A stretch of 63,878 bases of DNA, filler included, from 9 parts of 9 records of this genome joined end to end with filler, not necessarily neighbours in it, one strand, 5' to 3'; positions 30,963 through 43,092 are shown, counted from the first letter of the whole stretch. Notes: generated by a model from the sequence alone, not told the origin. Made by a program: numbers and translations.

Positions 30963-32352
30963 TCATACATCTGTTTTCTCTATCGAAGAGTCCATCGCCT
31001 GTTCAAGTTCTTCAATCTGACGAAGTAACCTTTTGACATACACTTTCCGCTCTTTATCCATCTGTTCCCATTCCAACTGCCGGGCTCTGGCAGCCTGCTC
31101 AACCGTTGAAAGGTCTTTTTCAAGATGACGGGCATAGTCAGTCCGCTCCCTATCCATTTTTTCCCACTCCAGCCGTTGGTTCTGGGCAGTCCGTTCAACA
31201 GCTAAAAGATCTTTTTCAAGATTACGAATATAATCGGTCCGCTCATTATCCATCCGTTGCCACTGTTCCCGGCTATCCTTACTCTCTTTCTCCAATTTTT
31301 GAATGTCGGTTTCGAGTTTTTGCAAGTATGCATTACGTTTTTTGTCTATTGACTCTAATTCATGGATATATTCCAGACGGTTTTTATCCATGATGCTCCA
31401 GTGGAAACGTTCCGCCTCCAGGTCTGCTAAATTTTCTTTGAGCACCGTCATTTCAGGTAAAAACGCCCCCCGCATCTCTTTATTCACGGCATTATATATT
31501 TCAAGCAACGTATCCGGTGTATAGCGATGCCAATGCTTTCGATAGACCGCTTTTCTGCCGCCACTCTGCCATTGTTCTCCCCCCTCCCACAATGAATGAG
31601 TGGTCAAACACCCGGTAGACGGCCGTAAAGAAATTGAGCAACGTCAATGTCGCTCGATCGGCAAGGCGGAGCAGCAGATCCCAATCTTCGAAACAAGTGA
31701 GTTCAATGTCAAATCCTCCGACCTCAAGAAACAACCCTTTGGGGATGATCAGCGCATTGATCGGTATATGATTTTCCCACAAAATCGCTTTGGAATTAAA
31801 AGGTGACGCAAACACTCGAAGCGGCTCTCCGGTTGACTCGCCTTTAAATCTCATTGCCTTGACTTTTCCATGATAAACAACGGGCTTTCCCGATCCTCTT
31901 TTCTCTTCTATTCCGGTTGCACTCAGATGGTCAAAGAATCGCCTGATTGCCTCTTTCATCAACAGGTCATCATCATCCAGAAAAAAAATCCAAGGGTTTT
32001 GTGCCAGTTCAACCCCTTTATTCCCGGCAGCCGACCGTCCAATTCCCGGTACAACGTCGATATACTGAAATTTCATTTTGCCGGTTAACAGCTCCTGGAC
32101 AAGAGATTTCACCGAATCTCCGCCATCATTTACAATGACGATCTCAACGCGATCATCACGGCCTTTTCCTTGATCCATCGAAGTCGCACGGCTCAGGATT
32201 TGTCCCTGTTTTTCCGGGTGCAATTCCGAATAAGCACCCAACACACTTTCAATGGCCTCTTTCAGCAGCAAAGGCCGATTTTTCGTTCTCACAACGATTG
32301 ATAAACGGTTATTTTTCTCACTTTTTCCGTTGTTACACATAAATTTTTCCAC
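30963..32352 (-). CDS. GT2 glycosyltransferase with a C-terminal coiled-coil of 32-aa repeats (ORFs 31501-32352 and 30963-31607 joined across a frameshift near 31580)
   Basis: SIVVRTKNRP, VNDGG, FLDDDD, FEDWDLLLRL; then repeats of W..MD.ERTDY.R.LEKDL..VE..A. Confidence 0.75.
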
Positions 32353-32354
32353 GC

Positions 32355-33329
32355 TTACACTTTTTTTGCAATCAAGAACACATAGTCACTTGGGATAACC
32401 CCCAGTTGGATCATCGCATTTTCAATATTAATTATATGCCTCAATATTTCTTTTTCTTCTTCCCCCGTATCAAAATTTTCAGTGATGTCGTTCATTAGGG
32501 GATTTAGGATGGTTCCGCCTGTCATATTCTCCGCCAGTATATCCAACGAGTCACGGACAATGTCCATAATATCATTACTTCTTACCGCTTCGGACGGGTC
32601 GTCGTTGTAAACCTCATCAAAGGTTGGGCGGAAAGCTGTTTCTTTTAATTCTCCGGTCATGGTGCGTTTCATATGATCCGGCAAGCTTTCCAATAGTAAA
32701 TTTGCAATTTGAACCTGTTTGTCGGTAAACTGCAAATAATTTGGCCCGATATATTCTCTCATGGCAAAAAGCCCGTCGTTTTTTAGGGCCTTGTTGATTT
32801 CCTCAAAAAGCTTTTCCAGATTTTGGATATGATGGATTGTTCCCATGGAGTAAATAAAATCATACCCATTTTTATTTGATGGAAACTCCCTATTGAGATC
32901 CACAGATTTGTATTTGATGATATGGTTCAAGTTCAAATCATCTGAAATTTTCTTTTGCGTTTCCAATAATTCCTTCGAAATATCACTCACGATGATTTCC
33001 TTGAAGGCATTGGTATTTGCCAAACTGATCGGCATTGATGTTTCGCCCAAATTACACCCAATAACCAGTCCCACCATATTTTCCAATTTCTTGTTTTTTG
33101 GAAAAAACGAGGCGATATATTCCAACAAATCCCTGCATTCATATAATTTTTCTTCACCTGTCATTTGCGACCACTGATAACGGGCGGCCACTTCCGCCAA
33201 TTCCCAATAAACCTTAAACGCGTTTTGAATATATATTTGATCCGACTTCGCCCATTTCTCAGCCACTCGATTTGAAGCGCTCTGTTGAACATCATTGTTA
33301 TGATCGTCATTCGATTTATCCAAAGTCAT
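32355..33329 (-). CDS. Class I SAM-dependent methyltransferase
   Basis: GLVIGCNLG, DFIYSMGTIHHI, LKNDGLFAMREYIGP, DPSEAVRS. Confidence 0.8.
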   Translation of the reverse strand: MTLDKSNDDHNNDVQQSASNRVAEKWAKSDQIYIQNAFKVYWELAEVAARYQWSQMTGEEKLYECRDLLEYIASFFPKNKKLENMVGLVIGCNLGETSMPISLANTNAFKEIIVSDISKELLETQKKISDDLNLNHIIKYKSVDLNREFPSNKNGYDFIYSMGTIHHIQNLEKLFEEINKALKNDGLFAMREYIGPNYLQFTDKQVQIANLLLESLPDHMKRTMTGELKETAFRPTFDEVYNDDPSEAVRSNDIMDIVRDSLDILAENMTGGTILNPLMNDITENFDTGEEEKEILRHIINIENAMIQLGVIPSDYVFLIAKKV

Positions 33330-33387
33330 GTGATATTTCCTTTTCTCGCTATTAGAATTTCTGAATACCCATGCTGACAACACCGCG

Positions 33388-34374
33388 TCACGGTTTCTGC
33401 GTCATCTCCAAAGCACCTTTTGCATAATAGGTATCAAGAATAAACCGATACCGCTCATGGGCAAAGGGGAGCATAAGCCATTTATCCAAAAGACCCACGA
33501 CTTTTTTTGAATCCGGGCTTTGAAAAAAAGGGTTGCATTTTTATTGAGTCCATCCTCATCTCCAAGAAACCGGGTAAGCTCCGGATGCCTTTTTGAAAAA
33601 TCCGTGACGCCTTTCCCACATGGTACTGACGAAGGCAAAAGGCGACGACGTCCGTCTCATGATAGTGGTATGCAACGGCTTCCGAATTATAGTGAAGGAT
33701 TCCCCCGCTTTTTCCAGACGATATCCCAGTTCAATATCCTCCCAGCCATAAACGGTAAACGCTTCATCGAACCCGTATTCAAGACGATTCAGCAACGCTT
33801 TGGGAACAAGCAAGTTTGACGTATAATAGAAATTAAATGCCAAGGGACCGTTGCCGTCAATCAAGGAATAGCCGAACTGATGGCCGAACTCTCCGATATA
33901 ATGCATAAACGGGGTGATCCGAAACTCATTCGGCCATGTCGTGTACCCAATGACACTACTCGTATCCGGTGCCTCCAAGGCCGCATGGAACGTCAAATGA
34001 GACTCAAGGAAAGTAGACTCGGGAACGATATCGTCTCCGATAAAAATCAGCAGTGGCCCATTGGCCTTTTCGATGGCAAAGTTTCTTGCCGCACCCTGTT
34101 TTTTGTTCTCTCGGCTCCAGTGGAACAAATTCAGATGCGTTTCTTTTGCATATTTTTCCAGCATTTGCGGGGTATCATCCCGGGATCCGTCATCCACAAC
34201 CAACACTTCGAATCCATTGACGCCCAAGCTCTGGGCTTCCAACGCCAACAACACTTTTTTCAGCAACTTCGATCGATTATAGGTGGGAATGATGACACTC
34301 ACCAGGGGGTGCCCCGCAGCGATGGCGCAGGTATGACTTATTGCGTTTTGCCCCGTGTTTTTATCGATACTCAT
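33388..34374 (-). CDS. GT2 glycosyltransferase (frameshifts in the 3' part)
   Basis: VSVIIPTYNR, VVDDGSRD, FIGDDI, GWEDIELGYRL; the C-terminus continues in other frames to 33388. Confidence 0.85.
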
Positions 34375-37300
34375 CCAAGGCTCCAATCTTCTTTTGTGAT
34401 GGCCAAGCTCGGATGGTAATAGGGATCCGCCTCAAGACGTTCTTTCCATCGATCACGCAAAAAATGTGTTGCAGACGGATCATAAGCGTATCCTCTGCTA
34501 TACGACTCGTAGTGGTATAGCTCTGCAAAAGGGGTATAGACAATTCGATACCCTAATTTTTGCAACTTCAGACAAATATCCAAATCATTGTAACTGACCT
34601 GTAACCCGTCCTCGTCAAAACCGCCGACCCGATCAAAAAGAGACCGCCGCATCATCATACAGGCGCCCGTCACGGCAGAGACATTGCGAACGATTTGGGG
34701 AAGCCCATGATAAACATCATTTCTTTCACCGGGAATATGTTTGAATGCATGGCCGGCCAGCCCGGCGATTCCAACAACGATGCCGGCATGCTGAATGGTG
34801 TCGTTGGCGTATAGCAAGCGCGCACCCACAGCCCCCACCTCTTTTCTACAGGCGTGCTCCACCATGGCTTGCAGCCATCCTTCGTTGATCACTTCAACGT
34901 CTGAATTGAGAAACAGCAATAGGGGGCCTTTAGTGTGCAAAACCGCACGGTTGTTCAGCGCCGAATAGTTGAAAGGGCGATCGTCCCGAATGACAGTGAC
35001 CTTTGGATGGGACGCAAAGGAGGTTATCAATGCCATGGTTTCCGGACGGCAACTTTGATTGTCCACGCATAGAATCTCATAGTTGGAATAGGTTGTCTTT
35101 TTCAAGATACTGTTTACAGCGGTTTCAAGCACTTCCGGCGCATCTTTAAAAGGAATGATGATGGAAACCCTTGTCTCCGAGGAATTGACAGGATATCTCA
35201 CCCGGAATGAGTCGGCCGTTCTTCCCTCTTCAAGTGTAACTGCCCCTTTTCCTTTTTCGCGCGCCCTTTCAATAGCAAATTCAAGCGCTCTTTGAGCATT
35301 TTTCAACACCGCTTTCCGGTGGGAGGCTCCCTTTCCCTTTCTTCGATGGCATATCACTTTTGGCATGCGAACAATCAATGCTGACAAAACATTGGATTTC
35401 AGTTCACTCTCGGATGCGTCACTGCCGGTACAACACGCGCCATTGGATATCCACTCTCCCACTTTGAGCATCAAATCATACATGGGGCAGAGATCCACCC
35501 CGGGAGAAACTCCGCCAATCGTTTGTATCGTGGATTTACGGCATAGGACGCCCCCGGATAGATAATTGGGAAATGCCGTCAACAGATCCGGAGACCAGCC
35601 CGGCTTGAAAAAGGGGTTGACGCGCATGCCGGTTCCATCCAGCCAATCCTCATCCCCATATACCACCACCGCTTCCCGATTCGTTTTCAATATCTCCATG
35701 AAATTCCGGATGGCATGGGAAGCCAAGACATCGGTTGGGCGAAGATAGATAAAAAACGGCGTTGAAGTGGCGTCAATGGCTTGATTGATTTTCTCATCCA
35801 AAGAAGCATTTTCATCAAAAGACAGCACCTTGATTTTACCACTTCTTTCCTGCGCACTCCAAAATCCCCCGCCGTTTCTCTCCACCAGGGTTTGCCATTT
35901 TTTTCTCGACTATCCAGCAAAATCAGATGGTCCAGCATATCAATCTGTTGACAGATGGCATTCAAGGAGGTCTCAATCCACTCAAGGGGCAAAGAGGTTT
36001 CGAATGGGTCAAACAAGGGATAAATCACATCAATCTTTTGTTTTAGGTGCCCATCTTTCAAAACTTCGTCCCCCCTCCGACGGCGCATCTTCCCCCCCGG
36101 TTCCCACTCCCACGGCATTGCATCTTTCATTGGAGGCAATCCACACCTGATATGCATCTTCGGGGTCATTTCCCCGCCCTTCATGCGCCCAAACAGCGAT
36201 GGGGAGTGCGCTATCGCCCCCATTCAACTGAAGAGACACGATCAATTTGTTGGGTCCGGCATGATTTGAATCAAAATGAATCGGGTCAAAAGAAAATGTG
36301 AGAAACGCGTTATCCGGTATGGACGGCGCCAATCTTCCACATCGTCTGAAGGGAACGGGATCATCGCTTTTTAGGTCTTCTTCCCAGTAGATCTCCATCA
36401 CCAGCACCCCTGGATTTATCCGTCGGTATGTGGCCATGAAGAGCCGAATGCCGGCCAAATTATCTTCGGAAACAAAAATGGGAAATGCCATGGGCACATC
36501 GGAGCGGACATCGACAACGCGTGTTGCGCCATGAACGAGGTGTTCCTGGTACACACTCATTTCATCGGAAATCGATTGCGGGCGGTTTACATTCAAGGTC
36601 TCCATTACCGGTGTCAAGTCGGGATCGATCAAGGCGCTCCGGAGGGTAAAAGAGTAGTTTGATAAAGGGCTGTTTGACGCCACCTTCCCTTTGGGCACAA
36701 CACTGTTACCGCCACCCTTCGTCGATCCTCCCATGTCGGATTCAATATCGGTGGGGTGATCATGACATGTTTTTTTTTCAACGGAAGTCGCAAATGATGA
36801 AGCCGGTTGCTCACGCCCCACTTTGAAATGAGAAAAAACAGCGTATATGCCTTGATGCAATACGCCTTTTAAAAAGAAACCCACGCGATGAAGCCGGTCA
36901 CGGCACCGAAGCCCCAGTTGGATATAGGCGGAAGCCAGTCGATGAGATCTTGCCTGCCCCATGCTCGACAGCGTTGCTTTCTGTGCATCGACAGTACGCT
37001 GCAACGCTTCAATTTCCACCGTCATCTTTTCTTGAGCGGCTTGATGGCCATGGATTTCCATCGTGGCATGATTGATGTGGGCCGAAAGCGCATCGACCAG
37101 CTCATGGTATCTTGACAGGGTGTCGTTTTGATGTTTCAGACGCTCCTTTAGTTTTCGCGTTGCTTTTTCATCCGGCTTCGCCCACACGTCCCCCAAAGCC
37201 CCACCGTCAAAGTATTTGGAAAGATGCGTCAAATATTCGGTTTCCGGATCTTGTCCGGAAACCGTGTCATGAATCCAGAATCCCTCACAATAAAGGGATG

Positions 37301-37907
37301 GCTCACCAAGGGACACACTTCTCGTCACATCCAGACTGGTTGAATGTAATTGATAATCCAGCTGTGCCAGTTGACTTTTGTAAACCGCCATCGCTTTTTT
37401 CTTGATATCCATCACCGGCGTAATGTCGATGAGTGCATTGACCTCGCCGTGCCGGTTGATCTCATAGAACCACAGGGGCGGTTTTGCTTTTATTGCTTCC
37501 CAATAGTACAAAATTTTCCGGGTGGTCGCCCGGTGATCCGGATGAATTTCCTGAAATGAGGGGAGAAATAGCACCTTGGGATTTACTTCAGTGAAGATCC
37601 GATCCAAAAGGATTCCAGGAAGGCGCTCGTCAGACACGTGCCTGTCTTTCAAGTTGACATAAAACCGCTTGCCGATACCAAGTACCCTTGCCGCCTCTTC
37701 GGTCTCCAGTTTTCTTATATCGGGATCCCCTCCCATATCCCCATTGGTGATGAAGACCACATGGACTTCGACCCCTTTTTCAGCAGCAAGTGCAATGGTT
37801 CCTCCCATCCCCAACGTCTCATCATCCGGATGGGGGGCAAATATCAAATAGGGGCCTTCCGGCAATTCATGCTTTTGGTAGGGGATCAACTGTTGTTCAG
37901 GAATCAT
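34371..37907 (-). CDS. Probable fusion of PIG-L family deacetylase, coiled-coil and GT2 domains (ORFs 36030-37940, 35687-36223 and 34371-35885 joined across two homopolymer frameshifts)
   Basis: APHPDDETLGMGG and HPDH (PIG-L); coiled-coil; YGDED...FFKPGWSPDLL, VSIIIPFKD, FLNSDVEV, VSAVTGACMM, YNDLDICLKL (GT2). The domain calls are firm; the single-gene model is inferred. Confidence 0.7.
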
Positions 37908-38068
37908 TTTTTCGTTTCCGCAAGCCGTATTCCAAGGCATTTAGGAATGAGTCCGAAATAACTTACCCNNNNNNNNNNNNNNNNNNNNNNNNNNNNNNNN
38001 NNNNNNNNNNNNTTAATTAATTAANNNNNNNNNNNNNNNNNNNNNNNNNNNNNNNNNNNNNNNNNNNN

Positions 38069-38783
38069 TTCCCAGTTCACCATTATCACGGACATGAGCC
38101 GTCAGGTGAAAATGTCCATCATCAGCCGCACTCTGGTTCCCAATGTCTCCATTATCGACCCCACGCTTTTGACCACCAAACCAAGAGAGCTGATCATTGC
38201 AGCCGCCGTGGATGCCCTTTCCCATGCCGTTGAAGCCCATGTCTCGAAACTGGCGTTTCCCTTGACCAAAATACACTCCCTCAAGGCCATCGATCTCATC
38301 ATGAAAAATCTTCCCCTGGCCCTCAAGGATCACAGCTTGGAATATATGGAGCAGCTCAGCATTGCAGGAACATCTGCGGCCATGGCCTTCAGTAATGCCA
38401 GCCTCGGATTGGATCATGCCCTGGCCCACTCATTGGGCGGTCTTTTCGATGTGCTCCATGGAAGCATTCATCCGATTTTACTCCCCAGTGTAATGCGGTT
38501 CAACCTGCCGGAATGCATGGAGCAGCTTGCAGAGATCGGTCAGGTGCTCATCGGCGGCCAGGGCCCCCTGACCACTCCGGAAAAGACGGCCCTGGCAGGT
38601 ATCGAAGCCCTGGAAACCTACTTTGAGAGCCTGGGGGTCAGTACCCGGTTACGGGATATCATCCCGGATCAATCCACCCTGCCCCAACTCTGTGAAATGG
38701 CGACCCACGATTCATGTCTTCTCAGTAATCCCAGAATGGCAAGTGCGGAAGAAATGATATCTATTTGCAACAATGTTTGGTGA
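38069..38783 (+). CDS. Iron-containing alcohol dehydrogenase family protein (5' truncated)
   Basis: IIDPTL, DALSHAVEA, AFSNASLGLDHALAHSLGG, HG, LPSVMRFN, NPR. Confidence 0.9.
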
Positions 38784-38791
38784 GAACGCCC

Positions 38792-40057
38792 ATGAAACCA
38801 CCCACCACCTTAGAGGATATTGTCGGGTTGGAGTACACCCGGCTCGGCTTTTTCTCTGAAGTTAAAAACAAGATGATCGAACTTCAGGCCATCAACCAGG
38901 AACTGGAGCGAAAACAGCAAAAACTGGAGGCCATTTTCGACGGCATCTCCGATGTGATGGCCATTATCTCCATCAACCTCACGGTGATTTCCGTCAACCG
39001 GTTCTTTTTCAACTTTTTCGGTCCGGAATCCCCGGAAGGTCGGTACTGCTTCGAAGTGTTCAAAAAACGAAATACGCCCTGCCCCAACTGCCCGGTTGCC
39101 AAAGCAAAGGAAGGGAACCGTATCCAACGGGATACTCTCATCTTTGATATCAACGACAAATCCCATCAATTCGAAGTGACGGTTTCCCCTCTGCGAGACT
39201 CTCTGTATCGGCCGTTGAAATTTCTCATGCTGATGCGGGATGTCACCGAAGCCAAGGAATACCAGACCAAATACAATCATGCCCAGAAAATGGCTGCTGT
39301 GGGAACGTTGGCTGCGGGGGTGGCCCATGAGATCAATAACCCGCTTACCTCCATCAGCGGCTTCACCGCAGGATTGAAACGCCGTCTACCGAAACTTGAA
39401 CAGTATCTCAACACCGACATTAATATTATCGAAAACGCTGAAACGAATCACCAAATCCAAGAACTTCTGGAAGATTTCACAGAATATCTCGACACCATCC
39501 AAAATGAATGCAATCGCTGTCGGGATATTGTCCAGGGGCTGCTCACCTTCAGCCCCAGGAAAAAAATCGATTTTACACCGTTGGCTCCCAAGGGGTTGGT
39601 GGTGGATGTGCTTAAACTGCTGCGGTATCGGTTCAGAAGAAATCCCAATGTCACCATCACGCTGGATGCACAAAAAAAACTTCCCATTGTCATGGGCAAT
39701 GCGCCTGAGCTGAAACAGGTATTTCTCAACCTGATATGCAATGCCTTGGATGCGGTTCAGGAAAAAGGAACCATCACCCTCTCGCTGACCAAACAGAATA
39801 ACCATCTTGCGCTCACGATACAAGATGACGGCTGCGGCATTGACCCGGCAAACATGGACCGCCTGTTTGATCCCTTCTTCACCACTAAATCGGTTGGCCA
39901 GGGAATGGGAATCGGGCTTTCCACCTGCTACAACATCATTCAACAACACCACGGTGAAATCACCGTGGAGAGCCAAAAAGATAAAGGCTGCACATTTACC
40001 GTGATGCTGCCTTCCAGAGAACAACTCCTCCAAAATAGAAGCGAACAACCATCATGA
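38792..40057 (+). CDS. PAS-domain sensor histidine kinase
   Basis: PAS domain with CF...CPNCP; AAGVAHEINNPL; QVFLNLICNA; DDGCGI; FDPFFTTK; GMGIGL. Confidence 0.92.
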   Translation: MKPPTTLEDIVGLEYTRLGFFSEVKNKMIELQAINQELERKQQKLEAIFDGISDVMAIISINLTVISVNRFFFNFFGPESPEGRYCFEVFKKRNTPCPNCPVAKAKEGNRIQRDTLIFDINDKSHQFEVTVSPLRDSLYRPLKFLMLMRDVTEAKEYQTKYNHAQKMAAVGTLAAGVAHEINNPLTSISGFTAGLKRRLPKLEQYLNTDINIIENAETNHQIQELLEDFTEYLDTIQNECNRCRDIVQGLLTFSPRKKIDFTPLAPKGLVVDVLKLLRYRFRRNPNVTITLDAQKKLPIVMGNAPELKQVFLNLICNALDAVQEKGTITLSLTKQNNHLALTIQDDGCGIDPANMDRLFDPFFTTKSVGQGMGIGLSTCYNIIQQHHGEITVESQKDKGCTFTVMLPSREQLLQNRSEQPS

Positions 40058-41567
40058 CGGACACCACACCCGAAAAGCCGGAAAAACTATCCCTTCAAGC
40101 GCCCTCAAAACAGACCCAGGATGAAAACATCATTCACATCCTTGTGGTGGATGACGAAAAGCATATCCGTAGATTGCTCCAAAAGGAGATGGCATCTCCC
40201 CGGAGAGAAATCACCACCGCAGGCAGCGGAGAAGAGGCGTTGGCCGCCATTTCCCGGCAGACCTTTGATGTCATTATCCTGGACATCAGTCTTCCCGATG
40301 CCAACGGAATCGAGTTGATGAGCCGCTTTCAGGAATCGATCATAGCTGTTCAAATCATCCTGATCACCGGATATGCCGATGTGGACGATGCCGTGGAGTC
40401 CATGAAAATCGGGGCATATGACTACATCACCAAACCGTTTGATCTGGACCGGCTGGAGATGGTGATGGAAAAAGCGTTTCAGAAAGGGTGCCTGCAAAAG
40501 GAAAAACTGCTTGAGATGGAGCAGCAAAAGCAGGCACTCAAGGCCAAAGGGGGAGCCGTGGTCACATCATACAAAAACCCAAACCCATTATCGGCCATTC
40601 CAAAGCCACGGATCAGATTCGGTATCTCATCAAAAAAGTGGCTCCGACATCGGTGCCGGTTCTAATCATCGGCGAGAGCGGTACGGGAAAAAATGTGGTG
40701 GCCGGTCAGCTCCATGCGCACAGTAACAGAGCCGACCAGGAATTGATCATCAAAAATTGCGCCACCCTTCAGGAGGAGCTGATCCGAAGCGAGCTGTTCG
40801 GCTACAACAAAGGGGCTTTCACCGGTGCGGATAAATCACGCAAGGGGCTGTTGGAAGTGTCTGATAAAGGGACGCTTTTCCTGGACGAGATTGGCGAACT
40901 TTCAGTGGGAGTCCAGGCCTCTCTTCTGAGGGTAATGGAAAACCAGACCTTTCGTCCGGTAGGGGACAAGCAGGAAATCAAAGTGGATATTCGATTCATG
41001 TTTGCCACCAACCGGGATCTGAGAAAAGAGGTGGAAAAGGGGAAATTCAACGAAGCTCTATTCCATCGGCTCAATATTTTCACCATCAATCTGTTTCCCT
41101 TGCGGAAACGAAAAGAAGAGATTCCTCTACTTGTCGATTACTTTTTAGGCCGCCTCAGCCCCGGTGGAGAGCCCTACAAAATTTCAACCGATGCCATGGA
41201 GTGCCTCATGACATATGAATGGCCCGGTAATGTCCGGGAGCTTCACAATGTCATGGAAAGGGGGGTGATTCTGGCGGAAAACGGTATTATCACAGAAAAC
41301 TCATTACCGTTGGAGTTGGTGGAGGCAAAAGCCGGATCAGGAGCGTCGGGAGGGGCCGTGAACGGCTTGGCAGGACTTGGAGGCAGAGGTTTCGATGCCG
41401 TAGTCGATTCGGATGATCCGTCCTCTATTCTTTCCTTGAAGGAGATTGAAAAACAGCATATCATGAGGGTGATGAAGCAAGTGAAAGGCAATCGGTCTCA
41501 GGCTGCGGAAATCCTCGGTATCGGAAGAAAGACACTCTATCGGAAACTCCAGGATTTCGGCGAATAG
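40054..41567 (+). CDS. NtrC-family sigma54-dependent response regulator (frameshift at the A5 run 40573-40577)
   Basis: Receiver ILVVDDE...ILDI...KPF; then GESGTGKN, SELFGYNKGAFTGA, WPGNVREL and a Fis HTH. Confidence 0.92.
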
Positions 41568-41580
41568 CAAAAAACAAGAC

Positions 41581-42261
41581 ATGAAGAAATCTTCAAAAAA
41601 CAGATTAATGCCTCAGCAGCAAAGCTTTTTTCCGGGAGATACGCTTTTCGATAAAATTGCAAGAGCAGTATGTCGGGCAGGGTGTCTCCCAAGAAAAGAG
41701 CTCCATGAAGCATGGGAAATGGCCAAGAGAGTGCGGCGAAGATATAGGGGCGGAAGAGTTCTGGATCTGGCATGCGGTCACGGCCTACTCGCCCACATGA
41801 TGTTAATCCTCGATGACAGTTCAAAAACAGCGTTAGCCGTGGATACAAACATTCCTTTGAGTGCTGAAAAACTATCCGTATCATTACAAAAATCATGGCC
41901 GAGATTGAGAAATAGAGTGATTTACAAGGAAATCGATCTTGAAAAGATCTCGATTTGTCCCGATGACCTTGTCGTATCCGCTCATGCCTGCGGATCTTTA
42001 ACGGATTTGATTCTCGACAAAGCAATTGACCGACATGCCAGAGTGGCGGTTCTCCCCTGCTGTCATGATTTAAAAGCATCTCCGACAAACGGGCTTGACG
42101 GATGGATGGAGAAAACCCTTGCAGTTGATGTGGTAAGAGCGTTGAGGCTGAAAGCCGGCGGATATCGCATTGTTGCCCAGAACATTCCAAGGGAGATCAC
42201 CCCTAAAAACAGACTGCTCATGGGAGAGTATCAAAAAACGCATCACGCGTTGTCATATTAA
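41581..42261 (+). CDS. SAM-dependent methyltransferase-like protein
   Basis: VLDLACGHGLL, SAHACGSLTD, VLPCCH, ITPKNRLL. Confidence 0.8.
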   Translation: MKKSSKNRLMPQQQSFFPGDTLFDKIARAVCRAGCLPRKELHEAWEMAKRVRRRYRGGRVLDLACGHGLLAHMMLILDDSSKTALAVDTNIPLSAEKLSVSLQKSWPRLRNRVIYKEIDLEKISICPDDLVVSAHACGSLTDLILDKAIDRHARVAVLPCCHDLKASPTNGLDGWMEKTLAVDVVRALRLKAGGYRIVAQNIPREITPKNRLLMGEYQKTHHALSY

Positions 42262-43060
42262 TTTCAGAGGGTTGGATGTGATAGTTCAAATTCGTTCTCA
42301 TCCCCACTGCTTTCCCGCCATTTTCATCTCTTTTTTGTACGGCCCCATCACTATTCATATGAAAATCCCGCCCTCTGCGGCTTCCCGAATTTTCATGTTT
42401 CCGTGTGTCGGATACACCGACATGACCGTTATAAACACTGTGCGAAGTGGATTTTTCATCCCTTGGTGATAGTTCCTTTACCCGAGAGATACGAATCAAA
42501 TTGATACAGGCATACGTTTGCCGAATGGTAAAAATTTCATCAAAAGAGTACCCCAGCAATCGTCTTAAAATCACCCGATTCACTCCGGCGTGGGCCACAA
42601 TCACCCCGGTGTCGGATATATTGTGACAAATTTTTTCAAATACTCCCACCACCCGCGTCTCAAGATCGGAAAAACTCTCCCCATCGGGCGGCCTGAAGTT
42701 GCCGATATCCTCTCCCCGCCTTTGATACGCTTCCGGGTATTTCCGTTTTACCTCTTCAAAGCTTTTTCCGTCCCACATGCCCATATCGATCTCCCGTAGG
42801 GCTTTAACGGCCCGGGGAATTATGTCGTGAGGCGCTGCAATGATTTGGGCGGTTTGCCGGGCACGCTTTAAATCACTGCAATAGATCTCGAGTGTTTTGC
42901 CGGAAAAGAGATCTTTCAACGAAAACACCTCTGCCAACGCCTTTGCCTGAATCCCCCCTTGGTCACTCAATCCCGGATCAGACTGTCCCAAGTATCTCTT
43001 TTTGTCATCGACCTTTTGAGGCTCGGCATGACGAATCAGATAAACGCGTTTTTCATCCAT
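42218..43060 (-). CDS. Histidine phosphatase (phosphoglycerate mutase/CobC-like) family protein
   Basis: LIRHA, SDLKRARQTA, LREIDMGMWDG, PPDGES, VAHAGVNR. The last ~80 aa look non-homologous. Confidence 0.85.
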   Translation of the reverse strand: MDEKRVYLIRHAEPQKVDDKKRYLGQSDPGLSDQGGIQAKALAEVFSLKDLFSGKTLEIYCSDLKRARQTAQIIAAPHDIIPRAVKALREIDMGMWDGKSFEEVKRKYPEAYQRRGEDIGNFRPPDGESFSDLETRVVGVFEKICHNISDTGVIVAHAGVNRVILRRLLGYSFDEIFTIRQTYACINLIRISRVKELSPRDEKSTSHSVYNGHVGVSDTRKHENSGSRRGRDFHMNSDGAVQKRDENGGKAVGMRTNLNYHIQPSEINMTTRDAFFDTLP

Positions 43061-43092
43061 TTGGCAATCGCCTTTCAGATCAGAGCAGACCT

